From the NCBI GenBank assembly GCA_963710455.1, contig CAVQAG010000005.1:24020-88019 (forward strand): a stretch of DNA of 64,000 bases. Direction: 5' to 3'. The notes below the pieces were generated by a model. It had not been told where the DNA came from. It searched no databases and was given only the letters and a program-made list of their open reading frames with translations. The DNA is from an uncultured delta proteobacterium. GTDB taxonomy: Bacteria > Desulfobacterota > Binatia > Binatales > Binataceae. Below are positions 50,899 to 60,589 of this stretch, in pieces (position 1 is the stretch's first letter; each line of letters starts with the position of its first letter). The position numbers and the translations under genes were made by a program.

Positions 50899-53191
50899 AT
50901 GGCCGGTCTCGCAAAAGCTGAGTTCCGTCTCCCGCAGCCGTCCGTTTGGTTCGATCAGCTTGCCGCGTTGCTTGCTCGGGAGCTTGCGCCCAGCTCACGA
51001 AAATTGCGCACTGCGCTTCGCATGACCACGATTGCCACGCTCGGCGCCGGCCTGATCACGATCTGCCACGTCAACAACCAGCTTGGCACTTACATCGTGT
51101 GGCTGCTGGTGGGCGCGGGACCAATGATGTCTTTTCGCAAGGCAGGTGCGTTTCTGATCGCGGAAGCGCTCGCGCTTGCTGCCTCGGTGGTGATGGCGCG
51201 GGATATTGGTGGAAACGCCGTGGCTAATGCTTCCGTTTCTCTTCGCGGTGATTTCCTTTTCGACCTACCTGGGAGCGATTCGCAACCTCGGCGCCGGACT
51301 TCTCCTGATCGAGGTGGTTTGTCTCGATACCTTCTACGGTGTCGTGTTTGCGCCTGGAGAAATCGGTTGGGGCGCGGCAGGCGCATTCGGTGGCAGCGTG
51401 ATCGCCTTCGGCACGATCGTGCTGTTCGACAACTGGCTGTGGCCCGACCGCGGCGAAGCGATTTTGCTGGAATCGCTGGGAGCGAGCGTCGCGCGCGATC
51501 GCTCGCGGCTGCTCGCGGCTGCAAATTTTTATCTGGGTCGCCCAGGTGCAGCCGCGGCCGCCGATGCCTCCGCCGACTTCGGATCTTCCCGCGCACATGG
51601 ATCTTCTGGATCGAGCGGTCGCCGAGGGCGTGTCCGAGCATCGGCATGCGATTCTGCTTGCAGCTATCACTCGCGTGGCGCGCATCGGTCTCGAAGTGGA
51701 TCGCCTGATCTTTGCGGCGCGCGCAGAACGTACCGCGAGAAATTCGCGGCTATGGTCCGGCTCGAAATCCAGGCGACGGTGGATGCGATTGCGGCGGTAT
51801 TGGACGAGATCTCCCACGAACTGCCGACGCACATCGCTGTCGGCGCCGACCAGACGCCTCCCGCCTCGCGGACGCGCGCAAGGTCCATGCTGGACGCTCT
51901 CAGTGCTCGCATCATCCAGGTCAGACCAACATATATCCGCAACGCGAGTTCCGCGGAGATCGAGAATTTCGCGACCTTCACCGATTCGCTGGCTGCGCTG
52001 ACCGGACATATCGAGCGTCTGCTCGACGAGCCTCCGCAGCCACCCGCCACGGCTCCGGCGAAGCAGTGCTGTTTCGCGATTGACTGACGCTCCGGATCCT
52101 GCGCTCGTCCGCTTTTCCCTGAAGGTTGGTCTCTGCGTGGTGATCGGCTATGCGATCGGCATCTTTACGCAGCGCGGCGATCTATCTACGATTTTGACGA
52201 CGGTACTAATAACCGCGCTTCCCACTTATGGCGCGGCTCTGCGCAAGATGATATCTGCGGATCGTCGGAGCGATAATCGGCGGGACGATTTCTCTTCTGG
52301 CAATCATCATCGTCACGCCCAATTTCGAAACTCTTCCGGCTTATCTGCTCGCTGTCTTCGTAGTCTTCTATCTCTCCGCGTATTCCTCTCTGAGCAGCGG
52401 ACGTGTTGCCTACGCAGGAAAGCAGATCGGTACGACCTTCGCGCTGGTGTTCGCTGGATTGAGCCCTGCCCTCGACGTCTATGAGCCGCTATGGCGCATC
52501 TGGGGAATTTTGCTTGGCACGCTTGTCGTGGCAATCGTCACTTTCCTGTTGTGGCCGGAATACGCCGGTGATTCCTTATTGCCGAGGCTGCGTAAAGTCA
52601 TTCGCGACACGCTTGCGCTGGCGCCCGGAGGTTCCGCCGCGAACACTGAGGATGCGATCCAGCAGGCTAACTCGAGGACCATGCGCGCGCTCGCCGAAAT
52701 TCTGGAGGTCGCGGATGACGCGCAAGTGGAGGGCCGCACCAGCACGGTCAACCATAACGCGATCGTCGAAGCGGCCGGCACGCTGCGGCGCATCGCGAAC
52801 CGACTGGCCTCAATAGCAACCGGGCGCATCGTCACTCCCATGCCGCAACTGGATCCGGTGACCGAATCGGCACGCGAGGCCGTGTTCGACGCAATTCGTC
52901 GGCACCTTCAGTCCTGGCTCGACTTCTTCAGCAGCGCTGACAGCCTCAGCGCTGCGGCCGCGCAAGCAATCGCGCGAGCACAATCACCCGATGATCTGGA
53001 ACTGCCTCTCGAGCAGTTCAGTTCGCGGCTGGAGGAGCGGGAATTCGCGCGAATCGGATCGTGGACGTCTCGAGCAGCGGCGCGCGGTCCTGGCCGAATT
53101 GCACTCGATGCGCCGTCTTGACTACCTGTTCTCCGATTTGAATCGATGGCTCGCGCAAATTCCCGGCTCTGCGTCGAGCCGCGCACGCTGA
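50899..53191 (+). pseudogene. FUSC-family (fusaric-acid-resistance/aromatic-acid exporter-like) membrane protein with five or more frame changes
   Basis: Plausible FUSC sequence hops between ORFs 50899, 51206, 51546, 51206 again, 52080, the frame of 52447, and 52991. One example is LRTALRMTTIATLGAGLITI. Another is the join of KVGLCVVIGYAIGIFTQRGDLSTILTTVLI with LLAIIIVTPNF...GKQIGTTFALVFAG....WRIWGILLGTLVV. Confidence 0.75.
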
Positions 53192-53216
53192 GCGCGCCCG
53201 CGGCTGACGGCAACCG

Positions 53217-53726
53217 CTAACGTTCGGTAACGATCTCCGACAAAAACCAGGTTCGGCGCTCGGTCTCGTCGATCCAGTTCTCGATCAGGCTGGCGGTGGC
53301 GACGTCCTCATGCTTCTCGCAGAGTTTATGGGTAGAACGTAGCTCGCGTGTAAGCTGCCGGTTGTCGTCTCGTAGCTCGAGCAGCATCTCTTTGGGCGCG
53401 ACGAACTCGGCATTATTGTCATTCAGACGTTGATGCCTTGAGATGTCGCTGATCGAGCGGATCGTTGTCCCGCCGATCTTCCGCGCGCGCTCAGCGATAT
53501 CGTCGGTCATCGCGAAGATTTGGGCTGCCTGCTCATCCAGCAGCAGATGGTAGTCGCGGAAATGCTTACCGCTCATGTGCCAGTGAAAGTTCTTGGTCTT
53601 GAGGTAAAGCGTGAACACGTCGGCGAGCAATTTGCGAAGCGAGTCCGTGAGGACCGCTGTCTCGCCGCTGAGATCGATCGCCGTTTTAGAAACGGCCGTC
53701 ATTTGGGGTGCTGCGTTGCTTTTCAT
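53217..53726 (-). CDS. dps: Dps (DNA starvation/stationary-phase protection protein)
   Basis: LADVFTLYLKTKNFHWHMSGKHFRDYHLLLDEQA..IFAMTDDIAERARKIGG. Confidence 0.95.
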   Translation of the reverse strand: MKSNAAPQMTAVSKTAIDLSGETAVLTDSLRKLLADVFTLYLKTKNFHWHMSGKHFRDYHLLLDEQAAQIFAMTDDIAERARKIGGTTIRSISDISRHQRLNDNNAEFVAPKEMLLELRDDNRQLTRELRSTHKLCEKHEDVATASLIENWIDETERRTWFLSEIVTER

Positions 53727-53772
53727 TTCCTTTTCTCCCTTGTGAGTCGCGCAATCTTCTAAACTTCACTCA

Positions 53773-54379
53773 CTACGCACGCTTTTTCACGGTTACTGGG
53801 TTGGTTGTTTCCGGGTCCCTCGGGCGTGACGTCCGGCGCCTTGCCAGGGCCGCTGCTAGCTTGTCGCCATACTCCCCGTCGGCTCGGCGAAAGTTCAAAA
53901 GTGAACGTTGGACAATGTTCTCTCGGCTGACTCGCGAAAGGCTGGCCACAATGTTCGTGACGAGTCTTTGTTTCTCGGATTCGCTCATCTGGATGTTCGT
54001 GTATGGGTCGCGCTTTTGCGAGTGGATGAAATCAGGAAATTTAAGTGGATCGCGGATGAAGAACACGGGAGTGTTGTTGCCACCAGGTTCGCTGGCCGAC
54101 CGGGGAAAGAAACCTGGCCTTGGTCCATCGGGTCACATCGGCCAGCACTTCGAAATAGCCGTGAGCGCCCGAGCCCTTGGCGTGCACGACGCGCTCGGGA
54201 ATCCGCTCACGGTCGAAGTGCGCGAGTTTTTCGAGCAGGTGGCTATCCTCGAGCAATACCGGGCCGCCGTGCCCGGCAGTACGCGAGTTCTGATTGTCTG
54301 TAACCGGGGCTCCACTGTCGGAAGTCAGCATCTTCTTGGCTTCCATCATTTTTTTCGCTTCGGTTTTCATCGCTTCCAC
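53773..54379 (-). pseudogene. catalase relic with large internal deletions
   Basis: The N-terminal piece reads [57 protein letters not shown]. The next catalase segment, [26 protein letters not shown], is in another frame. It is fused in-frame to the extreme C-terminal region ([12 protein letters not shown]...[13 protein letters not shown]). Only about 0.6 kb remains of an expected 1.45 kb or so. Confidence 0.85.
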
Positions 54380-54483
54380 AATTCAGGCGTGAAAAACGAC
54401 CGCACAAAAAGAGCGCCTTCCGCGCAGAAGCGTATTTTCCGCTCAAAAGGCGACTGCCTGCCCAGAAACTCCATCAGGATAGG

Positions 54484-55530
54484 TTAAGCCCTGGCCGCGG
54501 CATCGGGCTTACCAGGTATACGCCGACGCTGGTCGACCGGCTGGGTGCGGGCTGGCGGCGCCATGAATTCCGGTCCCACGGGATCCTTGATGGTGTCGCG
54601 AACGATCCGATCGATCTCACGAAACGTGCCGCCTTCGAGCTTCCATCCCATCACGTCGCCAACCGGATCGAGCTGCCCGGGACGCCGTGCGCCCCATAGC
54701 GCGCAGGTGATGCCCGGCTGATCGAGAACCCATCTGAGCGCCAGGTGTATGACTCGTTTCCCGTAATTCTGCTGCGCGAATCGATCCAGCAAACGAACCG
54801 CTTCCAGGTACTGTCCAAATCGCGGCTGGAGGAATTTGGGGTCAGTTGTGCGGAGATCGTCGCTTTCGAACCTGGTGTCCGCAGTCATCCGGCCGCTAAG
54901 CAATCCGCGGCAAATCGAGCCGTATGCCAGAACCGCGATGCCTTCCGAGGCGCAGTGCGGCAGGACACCGTATTCAATATCGCGCTCGAAAAGATTATAG
55001 GGAGGCTGCGCGGAATGAATCGGGGCGATCCAACCGAATCCGTTCATCTGTTGCGGAGAAAAGTTGCTTACACCAATCGCACGGATCTTGCCTTGCTTCA
55101 GAAGATTCGCCATCGCGTCGGCGGTCTCGTCAATCGGAGTCATCGGATCTGGCCAGTGCACCTGGTAGATATCGATGACGTCGGTTCGGAGCCGCTTCAG
55201 CGAGGCGTCGATCTCGGCGAAGATTCGCTCACGGGTCGCGTTGCGAAAGGGCTCGCCATTGGCCCAGTCAAGCCCGACTTTGGTGGCGATGGTCACTCGT
55301 CGTCTCCGGCCGCCTTCTGCGAGCGCTTTTCCGACGATCTCTTCCGACTTACCGAAACCATACACAGGTGCTGTATCGATCAGCGTAATCCCGCGATCGA
55401 TCGCGGCGTGTATAGTGCGGATCGATTCCTGTTCATCGGTGCCGCCCCACATCCATCCGCCCATCGCCCACGTGCCCAGACCGATGCGCGAAAACTGAAG
55501 ATTCGCACTGGGTATTCTCGAGGTTTCCAT
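54484..55530 (-). CDS. aldo/keto reductase
   Basis: IGLGTWAMGGWMWGGTDEQESIRTIHAAIDRGITLIDTAPVYGFGKSEEIVGKAL...YQVHWPD...IRAIGVSNF. Confidence 0.92.
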   Translation of the reverse strand: METSRIPSANLQFSRIGLGTWAMGGWMWGGTDEQESIRTIHAAIDRGITLIDTAPVYGFGKSEEIVGKALAEGGRRRRVTIATKVGLDWANGEPFRNATRERIFAEIDASLKRLRTDVIDIYQVHWPDPMTPIDETADAMANLLKQGKIRAIGVSNFSPQQMNGFGWIAPIHSAQPPYNLFERDIEYGVLPHCASEGIAVLAYGSICRGLLSGRMTADTRFESDDLRTTDPKFLQPRFGQYLEAVRLLDRFAQQNYGKRVIHLALRWVLDQPGITCALWGARRPGQLDPVGDVMGWKLEGGTFREIDRIVRDTIKDPVGPEFMAPPARTQPVDQRRRIPGKPDAAARA

Positions 55531-55582
55531 TTTTTTCTTCCTTTGCGCTGACGCTTTGTCTCGTAAAGCGCCGCGATGTTAT

Positions 55583-56764
55583 TTACGAATTGCCGGGGTT
55601 CGACCTTACGGGCTGGACGGCTTCGCCGTCGTTCACTGCCTGGCCAACGCTCATCGCAACCAGATCGCCGTCGTGAACGTCACCTGACACCACCACGTCG
55701 ATGCCGTTGTCGTGTCCTAAATGAACATTAGCCAGATGAAGCCGGTTATCGCGGACGATCGGGAGATAAACTTTATCGTCCTGAAACACGAGCGAATCGT
55801 CCGGCGCGACCAGACCGCCCGTCGTTGGAGCTGTCGTCAGGCGCAGCTTGCCGTACATCCCGGGCATCAGCTTCAGGTCGCGATTTGGCAGATCGACTTC
55901 GACCAGCATCGTACGCGATGCCTCGTCGAGCGCCTCTGGATGACGGGTTACCGTGCCTTCGAATTCCTGACCGGGATATTCATCGACGGATACCAACGCG
56001 CGGTCGCCGTCGTGAATGAGCGGCGTCAGTGGTTGCGGTGCATAGGCATAGATCCGCAACGGCTGCAGCGTCGCCATCGCCACAATCGGCGACGAGGTGG
56101 TATTAGTCGGGAAACCCGGGCTGGCCGTGGCAGAGACAGGAGTCGTCGCCGCCGGAATCATTGCGCCCTGGTCGAAGTATCGGGCGGTGATGATTCCATC
56201 GATCGGCGCACGTACTACTTCGTAGGCCTGCATCGCCAGGTTCTCCTGGTAGAACGCCTGCGCTTGCAGCATCGATGCGCGCCAGTTGTCCGCGGTCTGT
56301 TGAGGTACGACCTGTTCTTTCAGTAGGTACTTGTAGCGGTCGTAGGTGATTTGCTGCAGTTTGTAGCTAGCCAGCGCGTCGGCGACCTCTTTATCGGTTT
56401 CAGGCGATTCGATTATCGCGATCACCTGTCCCTTCTTCACGCGGTCGCCTTTGTCCACGTAGATAGTCTTCAAGTAGCCGGCGATCTTCGCGTAGACCGG
56501 GGTTTCGACGTAGCCGCGAATCGTGACCGGAATATCGTACTCACGCGCGCTTTCGCTCGGATGAATCGGTTCCACCAGCACGCGTGGTCCCCGGTCGACC
56601 TGGGCATCAAGCTGCCCGGTTTGCCGCTGCAGCCTCATCTGAAAGGCGAGCACCATTCCGGCCGAGACGGCGCAAACGATAACGACCCCGATCGCGCTGG
56701 CGACGACGAAACGCCAGCGGCCGCGGCTTTCTTTATTCTGCGTTTTCATATTTTCTTTTTTCAT
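55583..56764 (-). CDS. RND efflux periplasmic adaptor (membrane fusion) subunit
   Basis: It has an N-terminal anchor. VYAKIAGYLKTIYVDKGDRVKKGQVIAIIESPE...VRAPIDGIITARYFDQGAMI...MPGMYGKLRL. Confidence 0.9.
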   Translation of the reverse strand: MKKENMKTQNKESRGRWRFVVASAIGVVIVCAVSAGMVLAFQMRLQRQTGQLDAQVDRGPRVLVEPIHPSESAREYDIPVTIRGYVETPVYAKIAGYLKTIYVDKGDRVKKGQVIAIIESPETDKEVADALASYKLQQITYDRYKYLLKEQVVPQQTADNWRASMLQAQAFYQENLAMQAYEVVRAPIDGIITARYFDQGAMIPAATTPVSATASPGFPTNTTSSPIVAMATLQPLRIYAYAPQPLTPLIHDGDRALVSVDEYPGQEFEGTVTRHPEALDEASRTMLVEVDLPNRDLKLMPGMYGKLRLTTAPTTGGLVAPDDSLVFQDDKVYLPIVRDNRLHLANVHLGHDNGIDVVVSGDVHDGDLVAMSVGQAVNDGEAVQPVRSNPGNS

Positions 56765-56778
56765 TGGTGGTCCTCGAC

Positions 56779-59700
56779 CTACGCACCCGGCATCGTGATC
56801 GCTTCGATCCTTGCGTCGCGTTGCTGTTTCGTGATGAGCGTGCGGCCAAAAATCGAGTAGACCGCCGGCACTACGAACAAAGTCATCAGCGTGGCCGCTA
56901 ACAGCCCACCGATCACGGCGCGGCCAAGCGGCGCGTTTTGCGCAGAGCCCGCGCCGAGCGCCAGCGCCATCGGCAGCATGCCCAGTATCATCGCCAGCGC
57001 CGTCATGATGATCGGCCTAAAGCGGATGCGTCCCGCTTCGATCGCGCTCGCGACCGAGTCACGCCCTTCCTCGTGCACCTCGTTAGCGAAAGTGATGAGC
57101 AGATTTCCGTTGGCGACGCCGACACCCACTGCCATGATCGTGCCCATCAATGACTCGACGTTGATCGTCGTGCCTGTCAGGACCAGCATCCAAAGGACCC
57201 CCGCGAGAGCTCCTGGAATTGCCATCGTGATGATGAAAGGCTCGAGCCATGACTGAAAGTTTGCCGCCATCAGCAGGTAGACCAGGACGATTGCGAGCCC
57301 GATACCGCCGCCGAGGGTCTCGAACGAGCTGCGCATCGCCTGGCTCTGGCCGCGTATATTGATGAGGGTGCCGGTCGGCAGTTTTCCTAGCGAAGCGATC
57401 TGACGCTCGACCGCTTTGGTCGCGCTTCCAAGGTCGCGTCCCGATACTGCGCAATCCAGATCGATCACGCGCTGGACTGAGTAATGATCGACGACCGCGG
57501 GATCGACGTCATGCCTGATCGATGCGACGTTGGATAACAGTTGCGCGGAACCATAGGGATTGTTCACGGCGCCGGCGGTAATCGGCGTATTCGAGATTGC
57601 ATCGACCGAATGCATTAAGTGATATGGCGCCTGAACGATAACGCTGTAATTGACGCCGTTTTTCGGATTGAGCCAGAAATTCGGCTGGAGCAGGGTAGCG
57701 CCATAGAGTTCGGCGAGGAGGCTGGACGCAACCTGCTGTTCGGTTACGCCCACCTCGAGGGCTTTGGTGCGATCGACGTCGACCTTGAACGCCGGATAGT
57801 CCAGCGGTTCCGCGATCCTGAGATCGGCCAGTCCGGGAATGCGGCTCAGCTTGTTCTTGAGCCTAGCGGCCAATGCGTAGTCCGAGCGCAGGTCGTATCC
57901 GGAAACCTGCACGTCGATCATCGCGGGAAGACCGAAATTCAAAACCTGGCTGACGATATCGGCGGCCTGAAAGTAGCCGACCACCTGGGGAAACTTGACC
58001 GGCAGCATTCGCCGAATCTGATTCTCGTACGTCGCGGTTGGGCGATGCTTCGGCTTGAGCTGTATCAGTACGTCAGCGTCCTGCGCCGCGACGCTATCTG
58101 TCTGATAGTACGCAAGGTCGTAAGAGGTCGGGACGCCGATGTTGTCGCTGATGCTTTCGAGCTCGTCGGGCGGGATGATCTTGCGGATCGAGAGTTCCAC
58201 GCCCTCCACGATTTGTTCGGTGCGCTCGATTCGAGTGCCGCTCGGCGCGCGCACGTGCAGGCGCATCATGCCCGCGTCTACGCTCGGGAAGAAGTCTTCG
58301 CCGACGATTGACATGAGCGGAAGTGTCCCGAGGATCATCAACGCGACCGCGGTCAATCCAATGGTGCGATGGGTCACGAAGGTTTCGAGAGCGGATGCGT
58401 AGGTTTCGCGCAGGCGTTCGAAACGCGCTTCGAATCCGCTGAGGAACCGGCCGACGAAAGTAATGGGGTTGGGCTGTTGGTGCTTTTCGGGCAGCAAGTA
58501 GGAAGCCATCGTCGGCACCAGCGTCCGCGACAGCAGATATGACGTAAGCATCGCGTACACGACCGACAATGCCAGCGGGGTGAATAGAAACCGCGCCACG
58601 CCGCTTAGCAACACGACGGGAAAGAAGACGATGCAAATCGACAGCGTACCAACCAGCGTGGGCGTGGCGATCTGATGCGCGCCGTCGAGAATCGCCACCA
58701 GCAACGGCTTGTTCATCACGTGGTTACGATGGATATTTTCGACCTCAACGGTGGCGTCATCGACCAGCATTCCGATCGCGAGTGCGATGCCGCCCAGGGT
58801 CATCGTGTTGATCGTCTGGCCCGACAGCTTGAGGCCGACAATCGCGGTCAGAATCGCGAGCGGGATCGAAGTGACGACGATCGCCATGCTGCGCGCGGAA
58901 CCGACGAACACCAGCACCATCAGGGCTACCAGCACGGCTGCGATTACGGCCTCACGCACGACCTCGACCAAAGCTTCGCGGACGAAGGTTGACTGATCGA
59001 AAGTGAGCGCGACCTTTATTCCCTTGGGCGCGGTGGCCCGGATGAACGGCAGGCGAGCCTTCACTGCGTCCACCACCGCCAAAGTTGATGCTGCCGCGTG
59101 CCTGATTACCATCAGGTACGTTGCAGGCTTTCCATCGACTCTGACCACGTTGGCCTGGGGTTGGTGACTATCAGTGACCGAAGCAACGTCTCCGAGCAGC
59201 ACCGGCGCACCATTTACGATCTTGAGAGGCAGGGTGTTGAAGTCGGCAACCCTGGTCGGGCTCATGTTGATGTCGACGTTGTACTCGAAATGGCCCATGC
59301 GGGCGGTGCCGGACGGAATGATCACATTCGAGGTAGCGAGTGAGTTGCCGAGGTCATTCGCCGAGACGTTGTTGGCGTACAATTCCGTCGGATCGATATT
59401 CACCATCACCGCTCGGTTCACACCGCCCAGAGGGGCAGGGGACGAGAAGCCCGGTATAGTGAACAGCTGCAGCCGCATAAAATTGAATGCATAGTCGAAC
59501 AGTTGCGATACCGACTTGGTATCGCTGGAGACGTTAAGCTGCGCGACCGGGACGTCGGCCGCGTTGTAGGAGATAATTTGCGGAGGTTCGGTGCCGCGGG
59601 CCATATTGGAAAGAATGGTCTCGGACACTGCGTTGATCTGCGCGATCGCGCTAGCGATATCTGCCCCGGGCTGGAAATAAACTTTTAGCAGACCCACCCC

Positions 59701-59964
59701 CAGCATCGATTCGGACTCGATGTGCTCGATCCCGTTTACGGTGGTCGAGTAGGCGCGCTCGCTGATGAAGACCATGCGGCGTTCCATATCCAGGGAGGCC
59801 ATCCCGGGATAGTTCCAGACCACCATCACCACCGGCACGTTGATTGCCGGAAAGATGTCAATGTTCATCAGGAAAAACGACAGCGTGCCGAGAACCAGCA
59901 TCAGCAACGCCATCACCGCGACTGAAATAGGGCGTCGAAGGGCGAGGCGTACCAGCCACATCAT
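56779..59964 (-). CDS. RND efflux transporter permease (AcrB/HAE family), 1061 aa
   Basis: ALRRPISVAVMALLMLVLGTLSFFLMNIDIFPAINVPVVMVVWNYPGMA... It has 12 TM segments and two large periplasmic loops, and the frame is uninterrupted. Confidence 0.95.
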   Translation of the reverse strand: MMWLVRLALRRPISVAVMALLMLVLGTLSFFLMNIDIFPAINVPVVMVVWNYPGMASLDMERRMVFISERAYSTTVNGIEHIESESMLGVGLLKVYFQPGADIASAIAQINAVSETILSNMARGTEPPQIISYNAADVPVAQLNVSSDTKSVSQLFDYAFNFMRLQLFTIPGFSSPAPLGGVNRAVMVNIDPTELYANNVSANDLGNSLATSNVIIPSGTARMGHFEYNVDINMSPTRVADFNTLPLKIVNGAPVLLGDVASVTDSHQPQANVVRVDGKPATYLMVIRHAAASTLAVVDAVKARLPFIRATAPKGIKVALTFDQSTFVREALVEVVREAVIAAVLVALMVLVFVGSARSMAIVVTSIPLAILTAIVGLKLSGQTINTMTLGGIALAIGMLVDDATVEVENIHRNHVMNKPLLVAILDGAHQIATPTLVGTLSICIVFFPVVLLSGVARFLFTPLALSVVYAMLTSYLLSRTLVPTMASYLLPEKHQQPNPITFVGRFLSGFEARFERLRETYASALETFVTHRTIGLTAVALMILGTLPLMSIVGEDFFPSVDAGMMRLHVRAPSGTRIERTEQIVEGVELSIRKIIPPDELESISDNIGVPTSYDLAYYQTDSVAAQDADVLIQLKPKHRPTATYENQIRRMLPVKFPQVVGYFQAADIVSQVLNFGLPAMIDVQVSGYDLRSDYALAARLKNKLSRIPGLADLRIAEPLDYPAFKVDVDRTKALEVGVTEQQVASSLLAELYGATLLQPNFWLNPKNGVNYSVIVQAPYHLMHSVDAISNTPITAGAVNNPYGSAQLLSNVASIRHDVDPAVVDHYSVQRVIDLDCAVSGRDLGSATKAVERQIASLGKLPTGTLINIRGQSQAMRSSFETLGGGIGLAIVLVYLLMAANFQSWLEPFIITMAIPGALAGVLWMLVLTGTTINVESLMGTIMAVGVGVANGNLLITFANEVHEEGRDSVASAIEAGRIRFRPIIMTALAMILGMLPMALALGAGSAQNAPLGRAVIGGLLAATLMTLFVVPAVYSIFGRTLITKQQRDARIEAITMPGA

Positions 59965-60047
59965 GATTGAAATCCCTCGGCGGCCGCGCTCAATTGCGCA
60001 TGAGCAATGGCGCAGCTATTGGGAGGGCGAAGCGTCATGGCGCGAAT

Positions 60048-60092
60048 CTCTGAAGGCTCCAAAGCCTCTGAAGGGCTCAAAACCTGAAAAGG
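60048..60092. repeat. imperfect 18-bp tandem repeat (about 2.5 copies) in the RND/STAND divergent intergenic region
   Basis: CTCTGAAGGCTCCAAAGC (60048-60065), CTCTGAAGGGCTCAAAAC (60066-60083) and CTGAAAAGG (60084-60092). Confidence 0.7.
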
Positions 60093-60589
60093 TTGCGAAG
60101 TCATTTCGGTTGGTCTTCCTGCCTCAAGGGCGTGAACCGGAGGCTCACGGGGCGTGCGACCCGTTTTCACAGGTCTTAAACCCAGCCTTTTTGCAGGGTT
60201 TTTCAGCCGGACCGCGAACGAAGCCCCTGTTTGCGGGAGCGCAGCCGGTAAAACCAATCCAATGAATCCAGACGAAGCGAGAAAGGCCGTCCCGCGTGCG
60301 CGATGTGCTGCCTTGAAGGCGCAACCCGAACCAACCGCGTTCGTATCGATCTGAAAATCCCGTCGGCACATGCGAGGGCCGATCGAAAAAGCTCTTACGT
60401 AATTAGAGGAATTTTGAAGGGCGGGGTGGTGTCTCTTCGTGCGCAGCGCACATGTCCATGCCGCCGATACCGTACCTCGCGATCGACAGACGTGAATTAA
60501 GGATTGCACTCGAGCGTGTATGCCGCGGGTAATCTAGATGGTACGATCTCGTAGTCCTCACATTTCAGCGAAAGGCCACAAAATCTCAG

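Noticed and set aside
59961-60509. 182-aa minus-strand ORF upstream of the RND operon
   Set aside because: It has low-complexity Ala/Arg/Ser/Pro composition, no SD and no motifs, and it overlaps the tandem-repeat region. Treated as non-coding.
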